From positions 4,890,001 through 4,922,000 of the forward strand of contig CP104013.1 of NCBI GenBank assembly GCA_025839675.1: DNA of 32,000 nucleotides, in the 5' to 3' direction. The DNA comes from Candidatus Lokiarchaeum ossiferum (GTDB lineage Archaea; Asgardarchaeota; Lokiarchaeia; Sigyniarchaeales; Promethearchaeaceae). The first letter of the stretch is position 1. The number at the start of each line of letters is the position of its first letter. Shown here piece after piece: positions 5,450 to 13,300 of this stretch. The translations under genes and the position numbers were made by a program. Below the pieces are notes generated by a model. The model made no database searches. It had not been told where the DNA came from and saw only the letters and a program-made list of their open reading frames with translations.

Positions 5450-7741
5450 ATGGAACTCAAACTTTTTGTAGAGATTGTGAGTAATATTAGTCAAAAATGC
5501 ATTCTAAGTGTGAAAAATGCTGCGAATCTAGGGCTACCTCAAGGGGGGTCTGTCATTTTAGTAGATCCCGCATTGAATACAAATATTGCATGCACAATGG
5601 AACCAGATTCCGAAGTTCTCGATTTCAGTGTTCGTGTAGCTAAGGATGTATTAACTCAAATTAATTTTACTGGGTTAGAAATAATCATTTTAAGTAATGA
5701 TGATCAGAATGGGGCGTCAATTCCTGCTCCAAATAATAAATCCCAGCCTCCGATTAACATTCCTCCTAGCCCTATCCTACCTCCTACACCGAGCACTTCG
5801 AATTTTCCAACTATTGATTTAAATTTAAATTCATCAACTGCACCAGCCCCAAATGTACCTTCGATGCAAACTCCTCAAGTTCCTCCGATGCAAGCACCTC
5901 AAGTTCCTCCGATGCAAACACCTCAAGTTCCTCCGATGCAAACACCTCAAGTTCCTCCGATGCAAACACCTCAAGTTCCTCCGATGCAAACACCTCAAGT
6001 TCCTCCGATGCAAACACCTCAAGTTCCTCCGATGCAAACACCTCAAGTTCCTCCGATGCAAACACCTCCGATGCCCGTATCTCAAATGCCTCCAATGCAA
6101 GCCCCACCTGTGCCCAATTCTCAAATGTCTGCACCTCAATCTTCCGTTCCTCAAAGCCTACCTCCATTAATTGAGGTGGATCCTTATCCTAATCGAATTC
6201 CTATTTCACAACTTGCTAATCAAACACCAAATTCCGCAATTTTAATTCCGAAAATTTCTAAAAAATCTCTTTCTGGAAAAATTGTTATTAATGCTAAAAC
6301 TGCTACTCAGCTAAATTTGTATCCTAATGCGATTGCAGGATGGGAAGATCACTTAACTCGTTCTACTGGATCTGCACGTGTTGAAATCATGGAATTGGGT
6401 GATGGGAATGTTGGTATGGATGAAAATACGATATTTGATACCAATGTGAAAGCTCCCCAATTAGTTGTATATTCTTTAGAGCCTCCAATTGTACCTGTTG
6501 AATCTTTAAGTCTTGAAGTTGAGTCTAAACCCGATTTAGGTGGATTTATTGAAATAAATCATCGTAATGCTCAAACCTTGCAAGTTACTGAAGGAGACAT
6601 TTTATCTTTTGAAGATGAATTGACAGGTGCCTTTGGTGCAGGAAAAGTTCGGTTCAATCCTAATGTTCAAGAATCTAATGCCATAATTGACCAAGAATTA
6701 GTAGAAGCAAGTGGAGTTGGGAGCTTTGAGGTAGAATTGAAAAAAAATATTCGGCAAATTATCCCTCTTCAATCCATTGAACTGGGTGTTTCGCCAATCA
6801 GTGGAGAAAATGTCTGGGAAATAATTTCCATGGCACGGGAAAATATAGATGTTGTTAAAAAATGGTTGAGCAATTATATCATTTATAAAGGAATTAAATT
6901 AAGGTGGAAGTCTGCAAATATCGCCATTGAAGTGCTTAACACGGTACCGGACTTGAGTGGTGATGTTCTTGCCTCTATTTCGCCTTCAACTGCCATTGAA
7001 TTGAAGCCTGTTAGTTTAATTACTTTTAATGCTATTCTTGTGATTGATATAAGCCGTTCTATGATGGCTCGGGATGTTCGGGTCACCAATATCGGTCCTG
7101 CTTTGGAAGGTATAAAATCTGCTATGCATGATCCTGAAATCCAAGACTTTTTGGCAAAATTTAAACCTGGAACCAATGTTCCGCGAAGATTATCTGCAGC
7201 TTTTTCAGCAATTTTGTTCTTATCTGAAAAAGTTGGAAGAGGTTTTGGAGAGCGTGTAAGTGTAATAAGGTTCGCTGATGAAGCTCAAATTTTACCAATG
7301 TCTGCTGGAAAACTGTGGATGGATTCTTCATCTGGTCAAAAGGGTGAACTCGAAAATTGTGCCCGTTTGATCGTTCGAGAAATTGGTAATGCTTATGGAC
7401 AAGCTACAAATATGGGATTAGCGATGCAAAAAGCACAAGAATTATTAAATCAATTCTCAATCGATCAGCCTGATCAACCTACAATGATTGTTCTACTGAC
7501 TGATGGAAATCCAACTGATGGAACTGCTTTTTTGGATGCTATTGACAAGATTTCTGAAAATCAAAATGTCGTTCTCTATATAATTGGACTTGGAAATTTA
7601 GATGATGGAATGATGAAGAAAGCAGCAGTGAAATGTGCTGGTGAATACTTTAAACCCGAAGATTCGGGAGAATTACTTGTTTGGTATAGTAAAAGAGCTC
7701 GAGATCTCACATTAAAACTTCGAAGAGAAGAGAAAAAATAA
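5450..7741 (+). CDS. von Willebrand factor A (vWA) domain protein with three N-terminal beta-barrel-like modules and a proline-rich repeat tract
   Basis: The C-terminal part has a MIDAS-type motif 'VIDISRSM' (DxSxS, codons 7046-7060), then 'NMGLAM' and 'MIVLLTDGNPTDG'. Residues ~130-235 are P/Q/M-rich ('PMQTPQVP' x8). Three modules share 'I.(V/I)N...A..L.L/V..G(D/S)'-type segments: 'ILSVKNAANLGLPQGGSVILV', 'IVINAKTATQLNLYPNAIAGW' and 'IEINHRNAQTLQVTEGDILSF'. I saw no signal peptide or TM helix. Confidence 0.75.
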   Translation: MELKLFVEIVSNISQKCILSVKNAANLGLPQGGSVILVDPALNTNIACTMEPDSEVLDFSVRVAKDVLTQINFTGLEIIILSNDDQNGASIPAPNNKSQPPINIPPSPILPPTPSTSNFPTIDLNLNSSTAPAPNVPSMQTPQVPPMQAPQVPPMQTPQVPPMQTPQVPPMQTPQVPPMQTPQVPPMQTPQVPPMQTPQVPPMQTPPMPVSQMPPMQAPPVPNSQMSAPQSSVPQSLPPLIEVDPYPNRIPISQLANQTPNSAILIPKISKKSLSGKIVINAKTATQLNLYPNAIAGWEDHLTRSTGSARVEIMELGDGNVGMDENTIFDTNVKAPQLVVYSLEPPIVPVESLSLEVESKPDLGGFIEINHRNAQTLQVTEGDILSFEDELTGAFGAGKVRFNPNVQESNAIIDQELVEASGVGSFEVELKKNIRQIIPLQSIELGVSPISGENVWEIISMARENIDVVKKWLSNYIIYKGIKLRWKSANIAIEVLNTVPDLSGDVLASISPSTAIELKPVSLITFNAILVIDISRSMMARDVRVTNIGPALEGIKSAMHDPEIQDFLAKFKPGTNVPRRLSAAFSAILFLSEKVGRGFGERVSVIRFADEAQILPMSAGKLWMDSSSGQKGELENCARLIVREIGNAYGQATNMGLAMQKAQELLNQFSIDQPDQPTMIVLLTDGNPTDGTAFLDAIDKISENQNVVLYIIGLGNLDDGMMKKAAVKCAGEYFKPEDSGELLVWYSKRARDLTLKLRREEKK
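5863..6069 (+). repeat. 24-bp coding tandem repeat, 8 full copies plus a truncated ninth
   Basis: The unit is GATGCAAACACCTCAAGTTCCTCC. Copies 3-8 (5911-6054) are identical, and copies 1 and 2 each differ by 1 nt. A 15-nt partial copy follows, then a degenerate P/Q/M-rich tail to about 6150. The repeat is in frame with the vWA CDS. Confidence 0.95.
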
Positions 7742-7748
7742 CATAAAA

Positions 7749-7769
7749 TTTTTGTTTTTTCTATTTTTT
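7749..7769 (+). terminator. clustered oligo-T tracts (T5, T6, T6), candidate terminator
   Basis: Three T-runs lie in the 36-nt gap between the vWA stop (7739-7741) and the GTG of rnhA (7778). Confidence 0.4.
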
Positions 7770-7777
7770 ACCTAATT

Positions 7778-8266
7778 GTGAATCAAACTTCATCTATACT
7801 TCAGGTTTATACTGACGGAGCGTGCGAAGGAAATCAATTCGATCAAAATTATGGAGGATGGGCTGCAATAATTTTAGAAAACAATTCCATTTTACATCAA
7901 ACTTCCGGTTCTACAAAAAATACTACGAACAATCGAATGGAATTATTGGCTGTTATTCGAGCTCTACAGATTATTGTTAGAAATAAATTACATGAATCCC
8001 ATATTATCCACATTTTTTCCGATTCTGCATATATTGTTAATTGTTTTGCACAAAAATGGTACATCAAGTGGAAGAAAAATAATTGGAGTAATTCTCAAGG
8101 AAAACCCGTTTTAAATCCTGATCTTTGGAAAGCTTTATTATCTCTCGTTGAAAGATGTAATTTTCAATTTATTAAAGTGAAAGGACACTCTGGGAATAAG
8201 TATAATGAAATGGTTGATCAACTAGCTGTGAGCGCTATAAAGGAATTAAAATTATTGGGAAAATGA
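7778..8266 (+). CDS. rnhA: ribonuclease HI (type 1 RNase H)
   Basis: The D-E-D-D active-site contexts are present: 'VYTDGAC', 'TNNRMELLAVIRAL', 'IFSDSAYIVN' and 'YNEMVDQLA', plus 'KVKGHSG'. The start is GTG. At 162 aa the length fits archaeal type-1 RNase H. Confidence 0.85.
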   Translation: MNQTSSILQVYTDGACEGNQFDQNYGGWAAIILENNSILHQTSGSTKNTTNNRMELLAVIRALQIIVRNKLHESHIIHIFSDSAYIVNCFAQKWYIKWKKNNWSNSQGKPVLNPDLWKALLSLVERCNFQFIKVKGHSGNKYNEMVDQLAVSAIKELKLLGK

Positions 8267-8280
8267 AATTCTTCCCACAC

Positions 8281-8937
8281 TTATATCCATTTTCCCTTCA
8301 ATTCCTCAGAATTAGAAGAATTTTTTTTTTTAACCTTTTTCCCCGTTAATTCTCGTGTTTCTATTATATTTTTCTTCGTAGCATCATCGATGTGCATACT
8401 ATGTTTCTTTATCCAAGAACCTGGCTTATATAAATGACTTGTTATAATCTTCTGTAAATCTTTCCACTTATTTGTAGATGATTGTAAATAGTTTTTTAAT
8501 TGTTCATGACGATCTTGTAGATATTGAAAGTATTTTGCTTCGGATTGAAAAGATTTTTCCACTTCTTCAGCGAAATTATAGAATGTTGAGACATTGCCGC
8601 TAAATTCCTTATCGAAGTATTTATGATATTTTTCATCGAACTTAATTTGTAGATTTTTTAGCTGTTTCATGGTGATATCGTGAGATTTTTCACCCAAAAT
8701 TACTATTACCATAATATATTTTTCAGAAATACTAAATGTAAAACGTAAATCTTCGAGTTGAAGAAAACTCACTTGTCGATGTGCAATTTCTGAGGAAAAT
8801 GTCATAATAGCATATAAATAGCCCGTAATAATTCCCGAATCTACATCGGTGGGTAATTCTTGAAATGTCTGCTCAAAAATACACATTCCGCTTTCTTTAT
8901 GGATGATCCAGAATTTTACAACATCCTTCATTAGCAT
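8281..8937 (-). CDS. longin-like (sybindin/sedlin/TRAPP-small-subunit-type) domain protein with helical C-terminal extension
   Basis: The N-terminal ~125 aa read 'VKFWIIHKESGMCIFEQTF...DSGIITGYLYAIMTFSSEI...LRFTFSISEKYIMVIVILGEKSHD...LKNLQIKFDEKY'. This follows the longin pattern seen in TRAPPC1/Bet5-like proteins (l.if...G.cl......d....l.G.l.si..fs..l....f....y.l......lk.v...d.). The assignment is by pattern only. Confidence 0.45.
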   Translation of the reverse strand: MLMKDVVKFWIIHKESGMCIFEQTFQELPTDVDSGIITGYLYAIMTFSSEIAHRQVSFLQLEDLRFTFSISEKYIMVIVILGEKSHDITMKQLKNLQIKFDEKYHKYFDKEFSGNVSTFYNFAEEVEKSFQSEAKYFQYLQDRHEQLKNYLQSSTNKWKDLQKIITSHLYKPGSWIKKHSMHIDDATKKNIIETRELTGKKVKKKNSSNSEELKGKWI

Positions 8938-9021
8938 ATTTAATGTTTTTTTCCCAATAAATTAAGCTAAATGTGAAAGTATGAGTAAATATTTTATTTA
9001 TCAAGAACTAATGGATGATCA
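8938..9021. promoter_or_regulatory. divergent promoter region
   Basis: This 84-bp AT-rich gap separates divergently oriented start codons (8937 minus, 9022 plus). The TATA-like word 'AAATATTTTATTTA' (8988-9000) lies ~25-30 nt upstream of ATG 9022. 'TTAATTTATT' on the minus strand (8953-8964) lies upstream of the 8937 start. Confidence 0.3.
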
Positions 9022-9528
9022 ATGAGTTATATCTCTGAACGGAATAATATTGGAAAAATAGCGTTGCATCTTGATCAAATAAATATTCCTTACCGATTTC
9101 AAGATATTGGTGATCAGGAAGATAAAATTTTTCCTGCATTAATTTGTACATTCCGTGTTGAAAATCTCGAATTTGATGTTATTATATATAATTTAAATAA
9201 GTGGATTCATGTCAAAACCCTTGTAATGGATACTGCAGATCTTTCTTCTGACATTCTGCTGAAAGTTTATGAATTGTGTTTAGAATTAAACTATGATCTC
9301 CCCGAAGTTACTTTTTCTGCTTTTCAAAAAAATATCTTTATTGAGGTTGATTGTCTGGTCGATGTGGATTTTGATGATTTTAAAGCGGAATTTCTATCTA
9401 TTGGAGATGGAATTGAAGCTTTTATTAGTACAATTAAACAAAGACAAAACATTTCCATCCAAAGCACGAAAGGATTTGTACCTGATAAAAATTCAAAAAT
9501 GCGAAGAAAAAAAATAAAAACCTTCTGA
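9022..9528 (+). CDS. YbjN-like / type III secretion chaperone-like fold protein (hypothetical)
   Basis: The pattern 'FPALICTFRVENLEFDVIIYNLNKWIHVKTLVM...SSDILLKVYELCLELNYDLPEVTFSAFQKNIFIEVDCLVDVDFDDFKAEFLSIGDGIEAF' resembles the YbjN family (..w..v...l.....ll..lLelN.......f.......l........d...l...l). The assignment is tentative. Confidence 0.4.
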   Translation: MSYISERNNIGKIALHLDQINIPYRFQDIGDQEDKIFPALICTFRVENLEFDVIIYNLNKWIHVKTLVMDTADLSSDILLKVYELCLELNYDLPEVTFSAFQKNIFIEVDCLVDVDFDDFKAEFLSIGDGIEAFISTIKQRQNISIQSTKGFVPDKNSKMRRKKIKTF

Positions 9529-9533
9529 ATAAT

Positions 9534-11471
9534 ATGACAATTGAAACCTCCCCTCTTGTATCACTTAATTTACTAAATTTTCCTCAACAATTGTTGATTG
9601 GAAAAAAAAATTATTTGTTGAACTTTGAAATCACTAATCTCGTGGCAACTAAAGAAGATTGTGTCATAAATTTTACGGGAGCTCATTGTAAAATATTAAA
9701 TGTTTCATCTAATTCAATTAAATTTTCATTGAATCCGTCTGAAAAAAAATCTTTTAATTTGGAGATAACACCCACGCATAATGGCGCAATAAATCTCAAT
9801 TTTGAAGTTATTCATCAAAAAAAGGAAGAATATCAGGAAATATTTTGGGAAGTAAAAAAAAAAATCGAAAAAACCTTAATACAAACAATTATTAACGAAA
9901 AACCTATTGAAAATTTTGACATTGATGCATTCATCTCGAAAATCCCAACTTCAATAGAATTAAACGGCATCGAGACTGTTACTTCAGAGCAAGCTCATCA
10001 TATTTTAAATGAAATCCAATCTCCACCCAAAGCACCTCCTCCACGAAAAATAATTCGATCTATTGAAAAAGTAATACCTTCTAATTCTAAAGAAGAAGAT
10101 CAACATCCTTCTGAAATTGAAACGAAAATAATTCATGAATCAGTTATTGAATATGTACAAGATCCTGCTCCTCCTTCCTTAACAATTGAGGAAAAAGATT
10201 CCCTATATTCGGATCTTGTCATCAAGGTTGCACAACATGATATTGAATGCGCACTTGAAACAATAAAACTAATTTCCAAAGAAGATATAAGGAAATCTCT
10301 CTATAAACAAATAGTTCCTTTAGGATATTCCCAAAATTATTCTTTTATATTGAAAGAAGTTTTAACAATTCCTTTTACTGACTTGAAAAATCATTTTTTA
10401 TCGGAAATGGCTTATTTTCGAGTAAAAACTGATCCGAATGAATCCGCAATGGTCCTTCTTAATATTAGTGATGATAATATGCGTGATAGCGTTCTTTCTC
10501 ATATCATTTTTTATATTTCTACAACCCAACCTAGTCTTGCTTCAAAACTAGTGTATCAAATTTCAACTCCAGAATTGCAACATAAGATTCTATTTGCCTT
10601 AATTAAAATCTGGAGTGAGAAGAACAGACAAATTGCTATATCTTCCCTCAAGAGTTTGATCGAGACAATTTTAACTAAAACTAACACAGAGCTTATCCGA
10701 TCCTGTATGATTTTACTTGCACATCTGACTAATCCTCCTGCAGTAGTTGAACTTATTGAAAATATGAAAGTTGAGGAAGACAAAATTTGGTTAAAAAATT
10801 TACTGAAAAAGGATTTAAAAGAAAAATCAAAACGGACTACCGTTAGAATGATTCCACAAATTGTTCAAACCTTATTTTATAGTTTTCCTTGTGCTACAAC
10901 TAATATTACTTCTTCTTTAGATTATCTTTCAAAAATTGGAGGTAATTTGAGCATAAATCTTTTAGATAATGTTCAATCTCCTCAAGTGATTTTCCTTTGT
11001 CCATTCAAACATAACTTTTCTCTCTATTCAAGTATCCAACAAGTCTATTTTTCTGTTGAAAGTGAGATAAAGAAATCTTTTGGCTTTATTCTATTTCCTG
11101 AAGATGATCTTTTGGCAGAATCGAATTGGGTTCATTTGAAAGATCTATTGGGAAAATTTATCATTCAAAATCCAAATCCAACTCATCTGATTTTATTGGA
11201 TTTTATTCCCTATATGTCAAAACCTTCCGTTTTTTATTCTTCAAACGAAATTAATCAAAATTCATCAATTTATACAAAATTATATTCAATTCAACAATAT
11301 GGAATCAATCTCTTTCATAATACACACTTTTTCCATGAAGGAGAGATTCTTAACAAAATTCAATCTCAAATCTCAAATTCTAATCTGAAATTTATTAATA
11401 TGGTCTTAACATATAATTTTCTTAGAGACCTCCCATTTCTGAATCTGCTTTTCAAAACAATCGTTCAATAA
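9534..11471 (+). CDS. hypothetical 645-aa multidomain protein (beta-sandwich-like N-terminus, P-rich linker, alpha-helical repeat middle, alpha/beta C-terminus)
   Basis: A long uninterrupted ORF starts 5 nt after the preceding stop. Residues 1-95 show CARDB/Ig-like strand periodicity ('NFEITNLVATKEDCVINFTG...SEKKSFNLEITPTHNGAINLNFEV'), with no signal peptide. A linker carries 'PPKAPPPRK' and 'DPAPPSL'. Residues ~230-440 are helix-rich. I recognise no family. Confidence 0.6.
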   Translation: MTIETSPLVSLNLLNFPQQLLIGKKNYLLNFEITNLVATKEDCVINFTGAHCKILNVSSNSIKFSLNPSEKKSFNLEITPTHNGAINLNFEVIHQKKEEYQEIFWEVKKKIEKTLIQTIINEKPIENFDIDAFISKIPTSIELNGIETVTSEQAHHILNEIQSPPKAPPPRKIIRSIEKVIPSNSKEEDQHPSEIETKIIHESVIEYVQDPAPPSLTIEEKDSLYSDLVIKVAQHDIECALETIKLISKEDIRKSLYKQIVPLGYSQNYSFILKEVLTIPFTDLKNHFLSEMAYFRVKTDPNESAMVLLNISDDNMRDSVLSHIIFYISTTQPSLASKLVYQISTPELQHKILFALIKIWSEKNRQIAISSLKSLIETILTKTNTELIRSCMILLAHLTNPPAVVELIENMKVEEDKIWLKNLLKKDLKEKSKRTTVRMIPQIVQTLFYSFPCATTNITSSLDYLSKIGGNLSINLLDNVQSPQVIFLCPFKHNFSLYSSIQQVYFSVESEIKKSFGFILFPEDDLLAESNWVHLKDLLGKFIIQNPNPTHLILLDFIPYMSKPSVFYSSNEINQNSSIYTKLYSIQQYGINLFHNTHFFHEGEILNKIQSQISNSNLKFINMVLTYNFLRDLPFLNLLFKTIVQ

Positions 11472-11491
11472 ATGAATAAAACGTGTGAATT

Positions 11492-13255
11492 ATGGCTAAA
11501 AAAAAGAAAAAGAATGATGCTTTACCCGATCTGTTTGGATCAGTCTTATCTAAAACACCAACGAATGATTCTAAATCAATTAATGCGGAATCATCTACTA
11601 AAAGCTCCCCGGTATCTGCTTCTTCATCAAAAAAAAAGAAGAAATTTAAATCACTTTCGAATAAATCGAAGCAAAATCCATCCATAACAGCCCATGAAAA
11701 AGATAACCAAATATTTGATTCTTCTTCAATGCGTGAGATTAATATTGATTCTCGCTCTTGGGAATCAATGTTAGCTGACACAAATTCATGGAAGTGGCTT
11801 CCATATTCTCATGGAATGGAACTAGAACTTGTAATTTGCGATAAAGACGGACATTACTTGGAAGGAGAGCAAATTGTTTTTATTCTCAAAGAATTGGTAA
11901 CTGACGCAACTAAAGCGATGAAGGCTATTATAAAAAATGAACATAATGCTTTCCCCCCAATGCCAGAATACATTCGTTCCAAAATAAAAAAATTTCCCTA
12001 TAATCGGACCGATAAAGAGAAGGGATTTTTAATGTGTTTCGATTATGAGATAAACAACTCAAATCTGAACAAAGTGATCCCAGTTGATAGTTTTGGTCGG
12101 GATGGAAATGTAACCATGAGCACAATAATATTAGAATTGGTCACTCCTCCATGCCAATATGCTGAAGAATTGGCATATTGGGCCAGTACATTATTTAATT
12201 TAGCAAAAACAGTTCTACCTAAAGGAAAAAATGCACTCTTTATTATGTCCACTGCTTTGAATCCAACAGTGAAAGAATATACTGCTGGATTATCGCATGG
12301 GGACCATCACCATATTGGATCATTTTATGATGATCGAGAAAAAGTACAATGCTATGACATGGTGCGCAATTTTTTACCCCATCTAATAGCATTATCTGTT
12401 AATTCCCCTATGATTAACATGGCACCTACAGATTCCATTAAATCAAAACTTATAGATGGAAAACCGCGGTACACTGCTCCTAAATGTATTAGGTCAATAA
12501 GATTACAGAATAATACTACTATGTTAAGTAATAGTGCTGATTCTGCAAAGTATTTACCCTATCTGGCCACGGGAGATCAATCTGACAAAGATCTCCTTTT
12601 GAAAACTCTTGAAAAAGCATCAATTGAAGATGCACGTTTTCAAGATGTTTACCCATTCACTAAATATGGTACTGTTGAGGTGCGAGTTATGGATGCTCAA
12701 CTTTCTATTGCTCGGAGAATTGGTTTAGCTTTATTATTAGAAACCATGTTTTATAAAGCGAGGAAACTCTATTATGGGGGTAAATGGGTCCCCAATGTTA
12801 ACTCTGAAACAATCTGCTTTAATAGAAGGATGGCTATTGAACGTGGGATGATTGGATTATTTAAAGGGGTTAATTCTGATAATCAACAATTGGCTGCCCA
12901 AGGTGATCAATTTTTTGCTGATTGTTATTTTGGTACCCAAGATAAACCCCACAGGTTTATGTTCCAAGCAGTTCAACAAATGTTTCATTATTTAAAGGAA
13001 GATCTAATAGAATTAGGATATCTTGATTCTCCCTTCATGAAACCATTATTACAATCTGTTTTTGGTGATATTTCATATGCTCAAACACCTATGACTGAAG
13101 CAGAATATCAATTATGCCTTTATGATTGGAAAGTAAAACAAAATGAGATTCCAGACATTGTGAACACCCTAATATATTATACTGGGGAATATTCTAAGGA
13201 TCCACTTCAACAACCCTTAACGGGAAACTTAAATCTTCCAAATTATATGCTCTAA
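11492..13255 (+). CDS. GCS2-family carboxylate-amine ligase (YbdK / glutamate-cysteine ligase 2-like) with Lys/Ser-rich disordered N-terminal extension
   Basis: GCS2-type motifs are present: 'HGMELELVICDKDG', 'IILELVTPPCQYAEEL', 'GDHHHIG', 'HLIALSVNSPM' and 'GTVEVRVMDAQ'. The first ~100 aa are low complexity ('AKKKKKN...SSSKKKKKFKSLSNKSK'). Confidence 0.7.
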   Translation: MAKKKKKNDALPDLFGSVLSKTPTNDSKSINAESSTKSSPVSASSSKKKKKFKSLSNKSKQNPSITAHEKDNQIFDSSSMREINIDSRSWESMLADTNSWKWLPYSHGMELELVICDKDGHYLEGEQIVFILKELVTDATKAMKAIIKNEHNAFPPMPEYIRSKIKKFPYNRTDKEKGFLMCFDYEINNSNLNKVIPVDSFGRDGNVTMSTIILELVTPPCQYAEELAYWASTLFNLAKTVLPKGKNALFIMSTALNPTVKEYTAGLSHGDHHHIGSFYDDREKVQCYDMVRNFLPHLIALSVNSPMINMAPTDSIKSKLIDGKPRYTAPKCIRSIRLQNNTTMLSNSADSAKYLPYLATGDQSDKDLLLKTLEKASIEDARFQDVYPFTKYGTVEVRVMDAQLSIARRIGLALLLETMFYKARKLYYGGKWVPNVNSETICFNRRMAIERGMIGLFKGVNSDNQQLAAQGDQFFADCYFGTQDKPHRFMFQAVQQMFHYLKEDLIELGYLDSPFMKPLLQSVFGDISYAQTPMTEAEYQLCLYDWKVKQNEIPDIVNTLIYYTGEYSKDPLQQPLTGNLNLPNYML

Positions 13256-13300
13256 TGGAAGAAATTCTTTTTTATATTCATCGACTGGTGAAATTAAACA

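Noticed and set aside
5863-6069. Possible CRISPR array, given the regular short repeats.
   Set aside because: The units are contiguous with no spacers, are 24 bp with no dyad symmetry, and lie in frame inside a protein-coding gene. No cas genes are present in the window.
5811-6170. Three overlapping 105-118-aa ORFs in other frames or antisense across the repeat tract ('LEVFASEE', 'LRCLHRRN' and 'LKFLRCKH' repeats).
   Set aside because: They stay open only because a 24-bp unit without stop codons is iterated. They are nested in the 763-aa vWA CDS, whose flanking domains are coherent.
4122-7741. Gelsolin-domain gene plus vWA gene read as a split Sec23/Sec24-like coat subunit (the eukaryotic trunk domain is vWA-fold and is followed by a gelsolin-like domain).
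   Set aside because: I saw no zinc-finger, beta-sandwich or helical Sec23/24 modules. The gene order is reversed relative to the eukaryotic domain order, a Roadblock gene intervenes, and the vWA has an ordinary intact MIDAS motif. The resemblance is only at the level of two common folds.
11452-11781. ORFs overlapping the 5' end of the GCS2 gene (109 aa on the minus strand, 71 aa on the plus strand).
   Set aside because: They arise from the A/T homopolymer-rich, low-complexity region encoding the Lys/Ser-rich head ('FFFFF' and 'KKRKR' translations). They have no independent support.
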